NCBI GenBank assembly: GCA_963804245.1
Contig: CAWDPQ010000006.1
Coordinates: 186,546 to 250,545, forward strand
Direction of reading: 5' to 3'
Length of the DNA: 64,000 nt
Origin: an uncultured Acidobacteriota bacterium
GTDB taxonomy: Bacteria > Acidobacteriota > Vicinamibacteria > Vicinamibacterales > 2-12-FULL-66-21
Position 1 is the stretch's first letter, and every line of letters begins with the position of its first letter. Shown here in pieces: positions 41,268 to 50,663 of this stretch. Below the pieces are notes generated by a model. That model searched no databases. It was not told the DNA's origin and worked only from the letters and a program-made list of their open reading frames with translations. The position numbers and the translations under genes are program-made.

Positions 41268-42220
41268 CAGCGATAGACCGGAATCCGAGCCGAGCCGCGC
41301 GCTTCCTGCAGCGCGAACGCCACGGCCCCTTCGGCGGGTTCCCGTTCCAGCAGATGGGCGCTACTCTCCGGCACCGCACGAGGAAGCCGTTCCAACAGCT
41401 CTCGCTGCAGCCACGGGACGGCTCGATAGATACCGCCGGCAAGGATGAAGGGAAAGGGCTGACCGACGAGATGGAGCCGACGCGCGACCGACAGGCCTGC
41501 CGCCTCGAGCTCCCGCACCGCAGCGTGCAGGATGCCGACGGCTACATCGTCTCCCTGCTCGAATGCCTGTTGCACGCAGGTTGCGAGCGCGCCGATCGCC
41601 GCGGGCTTCAGATGGCCGTGATAGACCTCGTGGATGAGGCCCTGCGGCTGCGGGATGGCGAAATGCTGCAGCAGCATTGGCGTCAGCGCGGTGCGCGGTC
41701 CCCGGAAGTCGGCCTCGCGAAGTACCGCACGCAGCGCCGCCCGTCCGATCCAGTAGCCGCTGCCCTCGTCGCCGAGCACGTAACCCCAGCCACCGGACCG
41801 TGCCGCTTCTCCGGCCGCGTTTCTGCCGTACGCGATCGACCCCGTACCCGAGATGATGACCACGCCGGGTTGCCCTGGCGCACCCGCCTCGAGCGCGACC
41901 AGCGCGTCGTTGACGACGAGCACGCGGGCCTTGGCGCCGATGCGTCGCATGATGCCGCGCACGACCTCGGCGTCCCCGGACCGGTCGGCGCCGGCGATGC
42001 CGAGGCAGATCGCGTCGGGCATGACGTCAGTTCCCGCAAGGGCGTCTTCCATGACGTCATGCAGGACCTTCTCTACTTCGAGCTCGCCCGACGCCTGCAG
42101 GTTGGCGCCGCCGCGTCGCGCCCTCGACAGGATGGCGCCCTCCCCGTTCGCGAGGAGACAAACCGTCTTCGTACCGCCGGCATCGAGGCCGAGGACATGA
42201 ATGTCTGATGCGCTCCGCAT
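41267..42220 (-). CDS. BadF/BcrA-family GlcNAc/MurNAc kinase (MurK-like)
   Basis: GLDAGGTKT, VNDA, ISGTGS, GGWGYVLGDEGSG. Confidence 0.88.
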   Translation of the reverse strand: MRSASDIHVLGLDAGGTKTVCLLANGEGAILSRARRGGANLQASGELEVEKVLHDVMEDALAGTDVMPDAICLGIAGADRSGDAEVVRGIMRRIGAKARVLVVNDALVALEAGAPGQPGVVIISGTGSIAYGRNAAGEAARSGGWGYVLGDEGSGYWIGRAALRAVLREADFRGPRTALTPMLLQHFAIPQPQGLIHEVYHGHLKPAAIGALATCVQQAFEQGDDVAVGILHAAVRELEAAGLSVARRLHLVGQPFPFILAGGIYRAVPWLQRELLERLPRAVPESSAHLLEREPAEGAVAFALQEARGSARIPVYR

Positions 42221-42250
42221 GCGAAGTGATGTGAGGGGGACCAACCGCTC

Positions 42251-42279
42251 ACTCTAGACGGCGACGCACGGCAAGTCAA
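42251..42279 (-). promoter_or_regulatory. Sigma70 promoter of the kinase-nagB unit
   Basis: TTGACT-17-TAGAGT. Confidence 0.6.
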
Positions 42280-42308
42280 CGGAACGACTGCGCCGCGGCG
42301 CGCGCGAC

Positions 42309-44141
42309 CTAAGGTCGGAGAATCGAGTGGATGTCTGCGCGAAATTGATCGATCTGAACAGCCGCTCCGGCAGGTGACGGCGCAAAGTACTCGATTAAGG
42401 GCTTGTCGTCGGTCAAATGAGGGCCCCGGCCGACGAGCTCGTGAAGCTGTTCGGGTCCAGCCCTGAAGGTGCGCGCCAGATGATCGAAGGTTTCCACGTT
42501 CATCAGGGCAAGAACCTGCCGTGTGGCCGGCTCGCTCAGCATCCGCTCGATTCGATTTCGCGACAGCCTGATCGGTTTGTTCGATCCCACCATCAGCTTA
42601 CCGTCTCCCCACAGCGTCGTGTACGGAAACGCTCTGACGAATGCGCGGAGAATCAGGCCGTAATCTGCGTCGGAGCCGCCACCGTTCCAGTGCAGTGCGA
42701 CGCCGTCCGGCGCCAGCGCCTGGTGAACGAGTTGAAAGTATTCGATGGAGTACAGATTCGTCGCGCCGGCGTGCGTTGGAATAATCGCATCAGCCGTGAT
42801 GACATCGTACGGGGCACTCACACGCGACAGGTAGTTTCGCCCGTCGTCCACTCGCGCGTGCACGTTTCGCCGTTGCAGCACATCGAAGTTCACGTGCGAA
42901 AAGAGACTCGACGCGCGAAGCACACCCTCCGACAGCTCGACGACGTCTATGTCGATACCAGGATATTGGCTGAGCGCACCCGCCGTTGCTCCTCCACCGA
43001 GTCCAACGACGAGCGCCCGCTTCGGTTCGGCATGCAGTACCGCGGGCAGCAGGCCGATGCGGCGATGGATGAACACCGCCGCCGGCGAGTCGTTGGCCTG
43101 ATGGCGTCCATCAAGGTGAAGCGCACGGTTACCGGTGCCTGGCCCGCCGAATACCGTCACGGTGGTCTGAACGCCTTCTTCGTGGAAGAGCATCGGCCGC
43201 CCGGAGTGAAAGCGACCGAGTCCCGTGAGCGGCGGAACGTCCCGCGCCCAGTAAACGAAGAGCGCAGTCGCCGCCAGGGCAAGCAGGCCCCGCATCGCGA
43301 GTCTTTGCTGCCAGACGGCGAGAAGCGCAACACCCGACATCAGGAACAACGCAGCCACCACGATGAGGCTGCCTTTGCTCGTCAGGAGCGGCAACAGCAG
43401 GAAGCCGGCGGCGATCGAGCCGAAGATGCCACCGCAGACATTAATCGAGTAGAAGAAGCCAATCCGTTCCGCGGTGCGCCGTTGGTCGCCATCGCCTCCC
43501 GCCCACAAGCGAAGGCCGACGGGAAACGCGAGCCCGAAGAAAATCGCTGTCGGGAGAATGGTGGCAGCCGTGGACAATGCCGCGGGCAATATGAGATCCA
43601 GCGACGGCCATTCGGCCAGCGACCGCAGCCACTCCGGTGTGCGCGGCTGCCGTCGAAGAGAAGAGAACGACCGAACTGCCACCAGCGCAGCGCCGACCTG
43701 CAGCCCGGCGAGCACCAGAAGCCAGTTTAGATGCAGCCGCATGAGAGGCGCGATCAGAAAGCCGCCCAGGGCAATACCCGCCAGGACCCCAGCCAGCATC
43801 AGTTGACGCGGCTAGCAGGAACGATCGTGTCAACCCGACCTGAGGAATCAGATAGAAGCCGGTCGCGAGCGCACCGGCGATCGCACCGGCCGTGTTCGTG
43901 GCGTAGAGCAGACTGACGCGCGTACCCAGCCTGTCGCGTCGCGTCAAGGACGATTTCATGGCGAGCGGGCGAGTCCCGCCATGAAACTCATCAAGACGGT
44001 GCTCGCTGCGTAAACCGTCACGCCAAAGGTGAGCGAGAGGAGCCGCAGCCACAGCACCTGATAAGTGAGCGCGCTGAGACCCGAGAGCAACAGCAGGCCG
44101 GTGAGAACGGGAAGGAGAAGAAACCGGGTCAGAGGCGCCAC
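42309..44141 (-). pseudogene. Membrane (MFS-like)/spermidine synthase fusion with internal deletions and frameshifts
   Basis: SGLSALTYQVLW, LYATNTAGA, GLGGG.T, VELS, DDGR, LTDDKP spread over three frames; segments appear to be missing. Confidence 0.65.
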
Positions 44142-44178
44142 TATGTGTCGGCCCTCGTCATCATTGCAAGGCTGACGC

Positions 44179-44240
44179 GAAGACGCGTCCACAGAAGACG
44201 CGTCCACTCGTTGACTTCGCCGTGAGCCGCCTGCTACATT
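44179..44240 (+). promoter_or_regulatory. Promoter with an upstream 14-bp direct repeat
   Basis: GAAGACGCGTCCAC x2 (44179, 44194), then TTGACT-18-TACATT with extended TG. Confidence 0.6.
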
Positions 44241-44250
44241 CACGCGATTT

Positions 44251-45519
44251 ATGTCTTTTGCGGCGCGCTCACCATGGAGAGCGGCAACGCTGGCGCTCGT
44301 CCTGGTGCTATCCCCCTTTGCCGGCGACCCTCCCGCCGCGGCAGGGGCCAACGCCGAGATTCGCGCGCTGTGGGTGTTGCGAACGTCTCTCTCGTCGCCG
44401 GCGAGCGTGCAGACGTTGGTGCAGTCGGCGCGCGCAAATGGGTTCAACACGCTGCTGGTCCAGGTGCGCGGGCGCGGTGATTCCTATTTCCAGTCACGCC
44501 TGGAGCCGCGCGCAATCGAGCTGATGCGTCAACCCGAGAGCTTCGATCCCCTCGCTTCGGTGATCGAGGCAGCGCGGACCGCCGGTCTCAATGTTCACGC
44601 GTGGGTCAACGTCAACCTCGTGTCGAGCGCGGCCGATCTGCCCAGCGCTCGTGAGCACCTCGTGCATCGCCATCCCGACTGGCTGATGGTGCCGCGGGAT
44701 CTCGCGCAGGAGCTCGCGCGCGTCGATCCGGAAAGCCCGGCCTACCTCGGCAAGCTCGCGCGATGGACCCGCTCTCAATCAGCAGGCGTCGAGGGCCTCT
44801 ACACGTCCCCTCTGGTGCCGGCCGCGGTCGAACACACTGTGGCTGTCGTTCGCGACCTCGTGCGGCGCTACCAAATCGATGGCGTCCACCTCGATTACAC
44901 GCGGTATCCGTCGGACCGCTTCGACTACAGTCAGGCCGCGATTCGAGCGTTCACCGCCGCGGTGCGGCCACGTTTGAGCGCCGCGGCCCGTCGCGATGTC
45001 GACGCGCTCGAACGCGACGACCTGTTTGCCTACCCTGATGCATTTCCCGAAGACTGGCGTCGTTTCCGGATCGATCGCCTGTCCGCGCTCGTCCGCCGCG
45101 TGCGCGACGCCGTGAAAGAGGAACGGCCTGATGCGGCGCTTACGGTGGCGACGACACCGGATGCGCAGGAGGCGCGCCAGCGCCGCCTGCAGGATTGGGG
45201 CAGCTGGCTCGAAAGCGGGCTCGTGGACGCGGTGTGTCCGATGGCCTACACGCCGGAGGCCGGGCGCTTTGCCGAGCACATCGCCGACGCTCGTCAGGTT
45301 GCCGGCAACAGGGCCGTGTGGGCGGGCATCGGTGCCTATCGTCTGACGCCGTTGCAAACCGTCGAGAACATTCAGGCCGCCCGAAAGCTCGGCGTCACCG
45401 GCATCGTCCTGTTCTCCTACGACAGCATGACGGATCCCCGCACGAGCGTCCCCGACTACCTCGCCATCGTCGCCCGCGGCGCCTTCGGGCCGCGCATGGC
45501 TGCAGTCGGTTCGCGTTAG
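44251..45519 (+). CDS. GHL10/DUF187 (YddW/DigH-like) glycosyl hydrolase, exported
   Basis: RALWV, VQVRGRG, FDPL, VHAW, DGVHLDY.RYP, QDW..W, PMAY. Confidence 0.88.
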   Translation: MSFAARSPWRAATLALVLVLSPFAGDPPAAAGANAEIRALWVLRTSLSSPASVQTLVQSARANGFNTLLVQVRGRGDSYFQSRLEPRAIELMRQPESFDPLASVIEAARTAGLNVHAWVNVNLVSSAADLPSAREHLVHRHPDWLMVPRDLAQELARVDPESPAYLGKLARWTRSQSAGVEGLYTSPLVPAAVEHTVAVVRDLVRRYQIDGVHLDYTRYPSDRFDYSQAAIRAFTAAVRPRLSAAARRDVDALERDDLFAYPDAFPEDWRRFRIDRLSALVRRVRDAVKEERPDAALTVATTPDAQEARQRRLQDWGSWLESGLVDAVCPMAYTPEAGRFAEHIADARQVAGNRAVWAGIGAYRLTPLQTVENIQAARKLGVTGIVLFSYDSMTDPRTSVPDYLAIVARGAFGPRMAAVGSR

Positions 45520-45536
45520 TGCGACCCGTCACGGAC

Positions 45537-45577
45537 GCGCGGAAGCGGAGCGGGGCGATGGGGTCCCCGACATTCAA
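45537..45577 (+). repeat. REP-like element before the SSS transporter gene
   Basis: GCGGAAGCGG...CGGGG..GGGGTCCCCG.CATTCAA, similar to the copy at 30517. Confidence 0.6.
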
Positions 45578-45580
45578 GCA

Positions 45581-47018
45581 ATGACTCTGACGGCGGTCGA
45601 TTACGCCGTTATCGCGATCTACCTGATCGCCATTACCGCCTTCGGGTCCTGGTTCGCCCGATTCCAGAAAACGACCCGCAACTACTTCCTCAACGATCGA
45701 ACGGTACCGTGGTGGGCCATCTGTTTCACGATCGTCGCCACTGAGACCAGTACCCTGAGCTTCATTGGCGTGCCGGCCGGCGCGTTCGCGTCGAACATGA
45801 CGTTCCTGCAGCTGGCCATGGGCTACGTCGTCGGGCGCATCATCGTCGCCGCAGTGTTCATCCCCGCGTATTTCCGCGGCGAGCTGTACACATCGGTACG
45901 AGCTGCTCGGGCGGCGCTTCGGCCCGTCGGTCAAGAACGTCGCGGCCATCATCTTCATGGTGACGCGAACGTTTGCTGACGGGATTCGATTGTTCGCCAC
46001 GGCACTCGTCATTTCCGTGGTGACCCAGATCAGCGTGTCACTGATCGTCGTCGTGCTCGGTGCCGCGATGATTGTCTACACGGTGCGCGGCGGCGTCTCC
46101 GCAGTAATCTGGACCGACGTCGTTCAGATGTTCGTCTACCTGGCGGGAGCGCTCGTGGTGTTCTTCGGTCTGCTGCAACTGATCGAGGGCGGGTGGCCGA
46201 CCGTCGTCAGCGTGGCGGGTGGCGCCGGCCGATTCACGGTTTTCGATGTCTCGACGAATCCGCGCGTCGTGTACACGTTATGGTCCGGTTTGCTCGGCGG
46301 CATTGCCCTCACCCTCTCGACCCACGGAACGGATCAGTATCTGGTCCAGCGCCTCCTCTCAGCGCGATCGTCGCGTGATGCGTCGACCGGGCTTGTGTTG
46401 AGCGGCTTCATCGTGTTTGCGCAGTTCGTGCTGTTCCTCACCATCGGCGCCATGTTGTTCACGTACTACCAGCAGGTTCCACTGCCGCGACCGCTCGGAA
46501 GAACGGACGAAGTGCTGCCGCTCTTCGTCGTCACTTCCCTTCCACACGGCATCTCAGGCTTCATTGTCGCCGCCATCGTCGCGGCCGCGCTCTCTCCCTC
46601 CATCAATGCTCTGGCTGCCACCACGGTCAACGACTTTTATCTCAAGTACGTTCGTCCGGATGCGGATCAGGAGCGCTTGATGCGCATCTCGCGGCTGGCC
46701 ACGATTTTCTGGGGGGCCGCACAGGTGGCCGTGGGCCTTGGCGCGCAGTACGTGACACGTTCAGTGCTCGACGCCGGGCTCTCGGTGTTGTCTCTCGCCG
46801 CCGGTCCGGTCCTGGGGGCATTTCTCACGGGTGTGCTTACACGACGCGTCAGTGCGAAGGGGATCTTGATCGGCATGGCGACTGGTACCGTCGTCGTGGG
46901 CTGGGCATGGTGGACCGGGAGCTCCGCGTGGACCTGGTTCTCATTCCTCGGCGCATTGACGACAGCTGCCGTTGCCATTGTGCTTGCCGGTTTCTGGCCG
47001 CAGCGGGACCATGGATGA
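45581..47018 (+). CDS. Sodium:solute symporter (frameshift near 45895)
   Basis: IVATETSTLSF, GGVSAVIWTD, HGTDQYLVQR. Confidence 0.9.
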
Positions 47019-48108
47019 CAGATTCTCCGCGGTGGAAGAGATGCTGCGCGAAGCGGTCGAAGCGCACGTCTTTCCGTGCGCGGTCGTTGAGGTTGGCACC
47101 AGCGCCGACGTGCTTCTCTCGGCCGCCGCCGGCGCGCATACGTTCGACCCTCTCGCGGAACTGGCCACACCCGCAACAATCTTCGACCTCGCTTCCCTCA
47201 CGAAAGTGATGTCGACGGCAACTCTGGTCATGCGAGCGGTTGATGAAAACCGCATTCGATTGGACGACCCGGTTAGCGCTTGGCTGAGCGAGTGGCGAGG
47301 CATGGACCGGGAGGGCGTCACGATTCGCGACCTGCTCGCGCACAGCTCGGGTCTCGCGGCATACCTGCCCTTCTTCCGCGACCATACTGCACGCCGCGAG
47401 TTTCAACATGCGATCTGCACGATGCCGCTGGAATATGCCCCGGGCACGGAATCGATCTACAGCGATCTCGGATTCATCCTGCTTGGCTTCATCCTCGAGG
47501 ACGCGGCTTCCGTCTCGGCGGGATATTCAGGTATCGCAGGATCCTTCGATCCGGCCGCGTCACTGTCGGCGCAATTTCAGCGCTTTTCGACATTCGTCAC
47601 GAACGAACCGCTGACGTTCAACCCACCACGTGCGTGGCGTGACCGCACGGCGCCGACCGAGATCGATCGCTGGCGCGGACGACTGCTCGTGGGCGAAGTG
47701 CATGACGAGAATGCCTGGGCGCTCGGAGGAGCCGCCGGGCACGCGGGACTGTTTGGAACGGCAGCAGGGGTTGGTGCATTTGCGCGGGCGGTGCTTCGAA
47801 CGATGTCGGGCGAAGCGATCGCCGCCAACCCTGACACGCTGCGTCTGTTCGCACGACGAACCGAAGTTCCTCAGAGCTCGCGAGGGCTCGGCTGGGACAC
47901 CATGCTGCCAACTTCGTCTTGCGGAACGCGGCTCTCGGCACACGCGATTGGCCACACCGGATTTACCGGTACCTCTCTGTGGATTGACTGGGAGCGCGAC
48001 CTGTACGTCGTCCTGCTGAGCAACCGTGTGCACCCGACGCGGGAGAATGAAAAAATTCGACAGTTCCGGCCGCGATTCCACGACGCGGTCGTCGAAGCTG
48101 TAGCGTAG
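47011..48108 (+). CDS. Beta-lactamase-family serine hydrolase (AmiE-like)
   Basis: FDLASLTK (SxxK), YSDLG, GHAGLF, GHTGFTG, LSNRVHP. Confidence 0.88.
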   Translation: MDDRFSAVEEMLREAVEAHVFPCAVVEVGTSADVLLSAAAGAHTFDPLAELATPATIFDLASLTKVMSTATLVMRAVDENRIRLDDPVSAWLSEWRGMDREGVTIRDLLAHSSGLAAYLPFFRDHTARREFQHAICTMPLEYAPGTESIYSDLGFILLGFILEDAASVSAGYSGIAGSFDPAASLSAQFQRFSTFVTNEPLTFNPPRAWRDRTAPTEIDRWRGRLLVGEVHDENAWALGGAAGHAGLFGTAAGVGAFARAVLRTMSGEAIAANPDTLRLFARRTEVPQSSRGLGWDTMLPTSSCGTRLSAHAIGHTGFTGTSLWIDWERDLYVVLLSNRVHPTRENEKIRQFRPRFHDAVVEAVA

Positions 48109-48176
48109 TGACTACGGGTTGGGGAAAGCCGGAGAGCGCCGGTCGGTCGTCTTAAGGGTCGGTGCCGATCGCTCCG

Positions 48177-48930
48177 TTACTGGCCGGGAGGCCGTACCCC
48201 ACCGCCTTGCCCCGGCCCCGGACCGGTGCCTGGGAAGCCGCGACCCGGTCCGGGAGCTCTGGTACCTCCAGGTCCGGTGCCGCCTGGGCCGCCGCTCGGC
48301 GGGAATCCCGGGCTACCCACGCCGCCGGGAAATCCGCGCCCACGGCCCGCCAGGTGCGCCCGGCACATTCTGACCACCGCGCCCGACACCGCCGGGATTT
48401 CCCCTATTGGCGTTGGCGAACACGAACTGCCATTCGTTGTATTTCGTGCGTCCGCGGTAGTTGCGGATCGAATCCTCTTTGCTCTTGCTGACGACGCCGA
48501 TAAGTCCTCCGGCACCGGTTTGAAAGCCCGGCGCGCTGGCCCCGCGACCGGTGCCAGGCTGCGGAGAATTTGGACTCGCTTCCGATGTTCCCGCCGCACC
48601 TCCCGTGCCGCCGGGTCCCGGATTTGCACCGGCGAAGAGCGGCTGAAACTCGCCGTCCTTCGTCATCGGATCCTTGTATTTCTTGCGGAGGTAGCGTCCC
48701 TGGACGAGAACATCGATACTCGGCGGAAAGTTGCGATTCTTGAGCTGGTAAAGGCCTATGGCTCGCGCGTACTGCTCGCCTCTAAAAACGAGCTCCAGCT
48801 CCTTCTCGCGCTTCGCCTGAAAACGCCAGGCTGGAAGGGCGGCCGACATCAGAACCAACATCACGGCCAGCGCCACCAGCAGGGCGGCCATTGCGTAGCC
48901 ACGATCTCCGTATTGACCCCGTAAACCCAT
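48177..48930 (-). CDS. Type II secretion pseudopilin-like protein with a Gly/Pro tail (frameshift near 48345)
   Basis: GYAMAALLV prepilin-like start, REKELELVFRG.QY..AI, YLRKKYKDPMT, YNEWQF. Confidence 0.8.
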
Positions 48931-48955
48931 GAGAGTATTATCCTTAGCGCCAACT

Positions 48956-50327
48956 ATGGTAACACAGCGCACGCCCCCCCGACGTCCCCTCCGAATCGCT
49001 GCGGCAATTGCTTCGGCATTTGGATTCATGATCTTCTTCTCCGCGTGCGACAAGATGCCGCTTCTCGCCCCGAGCGGCAGCGTTATCACGATTTTTCCTA
49101 CGGCGACCACCGTTCCGTTGAACGGCGAAGTCGAGATCGTCGCCACGGTGATTGAGAACGGCACGACGCAGACACCGAGTAATGGAACCGGAAACGGCGG
49201 CACCGGCACCGGTACGGGCGGTGGCACGGGCACCGGGACAACGAACCCGACGACCACCACGACCTCGACCAATGGAGCAGGTACGCCAGTTCAGAACGGC
49301 ACCCTCGTCACCTTTACGACGACTATCGGACGAATTGAGCCGAGTGAAGCGCGGACGCAGAACGGTCAGGTGCGCGTCAAGTTCTTCCCGGGCGGCCAAA
49401 GTGGCACTGCCATCATCACGGCCTTCTCAGGCGGCGCATCAGGCAAGATCGAAAACCTCAGAGTGGGAACGGCGGCGGTCGAACGCGTGATCGTGACGGC
49501 GAATCCGCAGACGGTAGGGCCGACAGGTGGCACGTCTGAGATTCAGGCTCGAGTCGAGGACGTCACTGGTGCCGGTCTGCCCGGCGTGCCTGTGAATTTC
49601 ATTGCCGACGCGGGAACGCTGAGTCCTCCCACGGCCAACACCGACGAAAGCGGCGTCGCGCGCACGACGCTCAACACGTCGAGGGTGACAAAGATCACGG
49701 CAAACGTCGGCGGCAAGACTGCGGAAGTCACGGTGCAGCTGAATCCGAGGACTGGGATCAGTATCAGTGTCGGAACCGGAACCAGTACTGGCGGCAGTAT
49801 CGCGGCCGGGCTGCCCGCGACGTTCACGGTCAACGTGACCGCGCCGACGACCGGCCCGGCGCCGAACATTCGAGACGTGACGGTCGATTTCGGCGACGGG
49901 AGTCGGCAGTCTCTCGGCTCGATCAGCGGCACCACGACCATCCAGCATACGTACAACCTCGCCGGCACATTACATCGTTCGGGCGACTGCGACCGAGGCG
50001 AGTGGTTTCACGGAAACAGTATCGACGTCTGTGACGATTCTCCCGGCGCAGCCGCCGGGCGTAACGATCACCGCGTCGGATTCGACGCCGACCGTCAACC
50101 AGATCATCACGCTGACGGCCACCGTGACCGGCGCGACGTCCACGGTCCAATCGTTCCAATGGGACTTCGGCGACGGCACGTCCAGCGTCACGACAGGACC
50201 GCAGGTCACCAAGGCCTATGCGACGCCAGGTACGAAGGTGATCTCTCTCACCGTGATTCAGGCGGTGGGTCCGTCGGGCCAGACTCAGATATCGGTGAAC
50301 GTGGGCATCGGGGGAACGTTGCGGTAG
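48956..50327 (+). CDS. Lipoprotein with bacterial Ig-like and PKD domains (frameshift near 49968)
   Basis: Lipobox FSAC, TDESGVA, VDFGDG and WDFGDG PKD motifs. Confidence 0.8.
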
Positions 50328-50340
50328 CACTGGAAAATTG

Positions 50341-50375
50341 AAGGGGGCGCTCGACGAATGAGCGCCCCCTTTCTT
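50341..50375 (+). terminator. Rho-independent terminator
   Basis: AAGGGGGCGCTC-7-GAGCGCCCCCTT followed by TCTT. Confidence 0.75.
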
Positions 50376-50508
50376 GGTGCCCGCGGTCGTCCCGGGGGGG
50401 TCAGATCTTGTTTCTTGCAGGGATGTCATCCCGAGGTGACATCCACCCGCATCGCGCGTTCGGCCAAACCTCAGTAGACCGGCCGACCCGGCGAGCGAAT
50501 GGATTATC

Positions 50509-50593
50509 AATCCACGATGTTCGCTGGTCAAAGGCCAACAGGAGATAAGGAGGCATCCTGTAAGTTTTGGCAAGTGGTCGTCGTTGATTGAGC
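50509..50593 (-). repeat. Dispersed imperfect hairpin element, copy B
   Basis: Arms homologous to 8312-8425. Confidence 0.65.
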
Positions 50594-50663
50594 CGCAAGT
50601 GACCGTGGGAATTGGGCGAGTGAGAGGGTCAAAGGTGGCGACACCTGAAGGGAGACTCAGTCG

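Noticed and set aside
50397-50441. Tn3-family terminal inverted repeat
   Set aside because: It starts with GGGG but lacks the internal ACG..AA and TAAG motifs, and has no 5-bp target duplication or TnpA.
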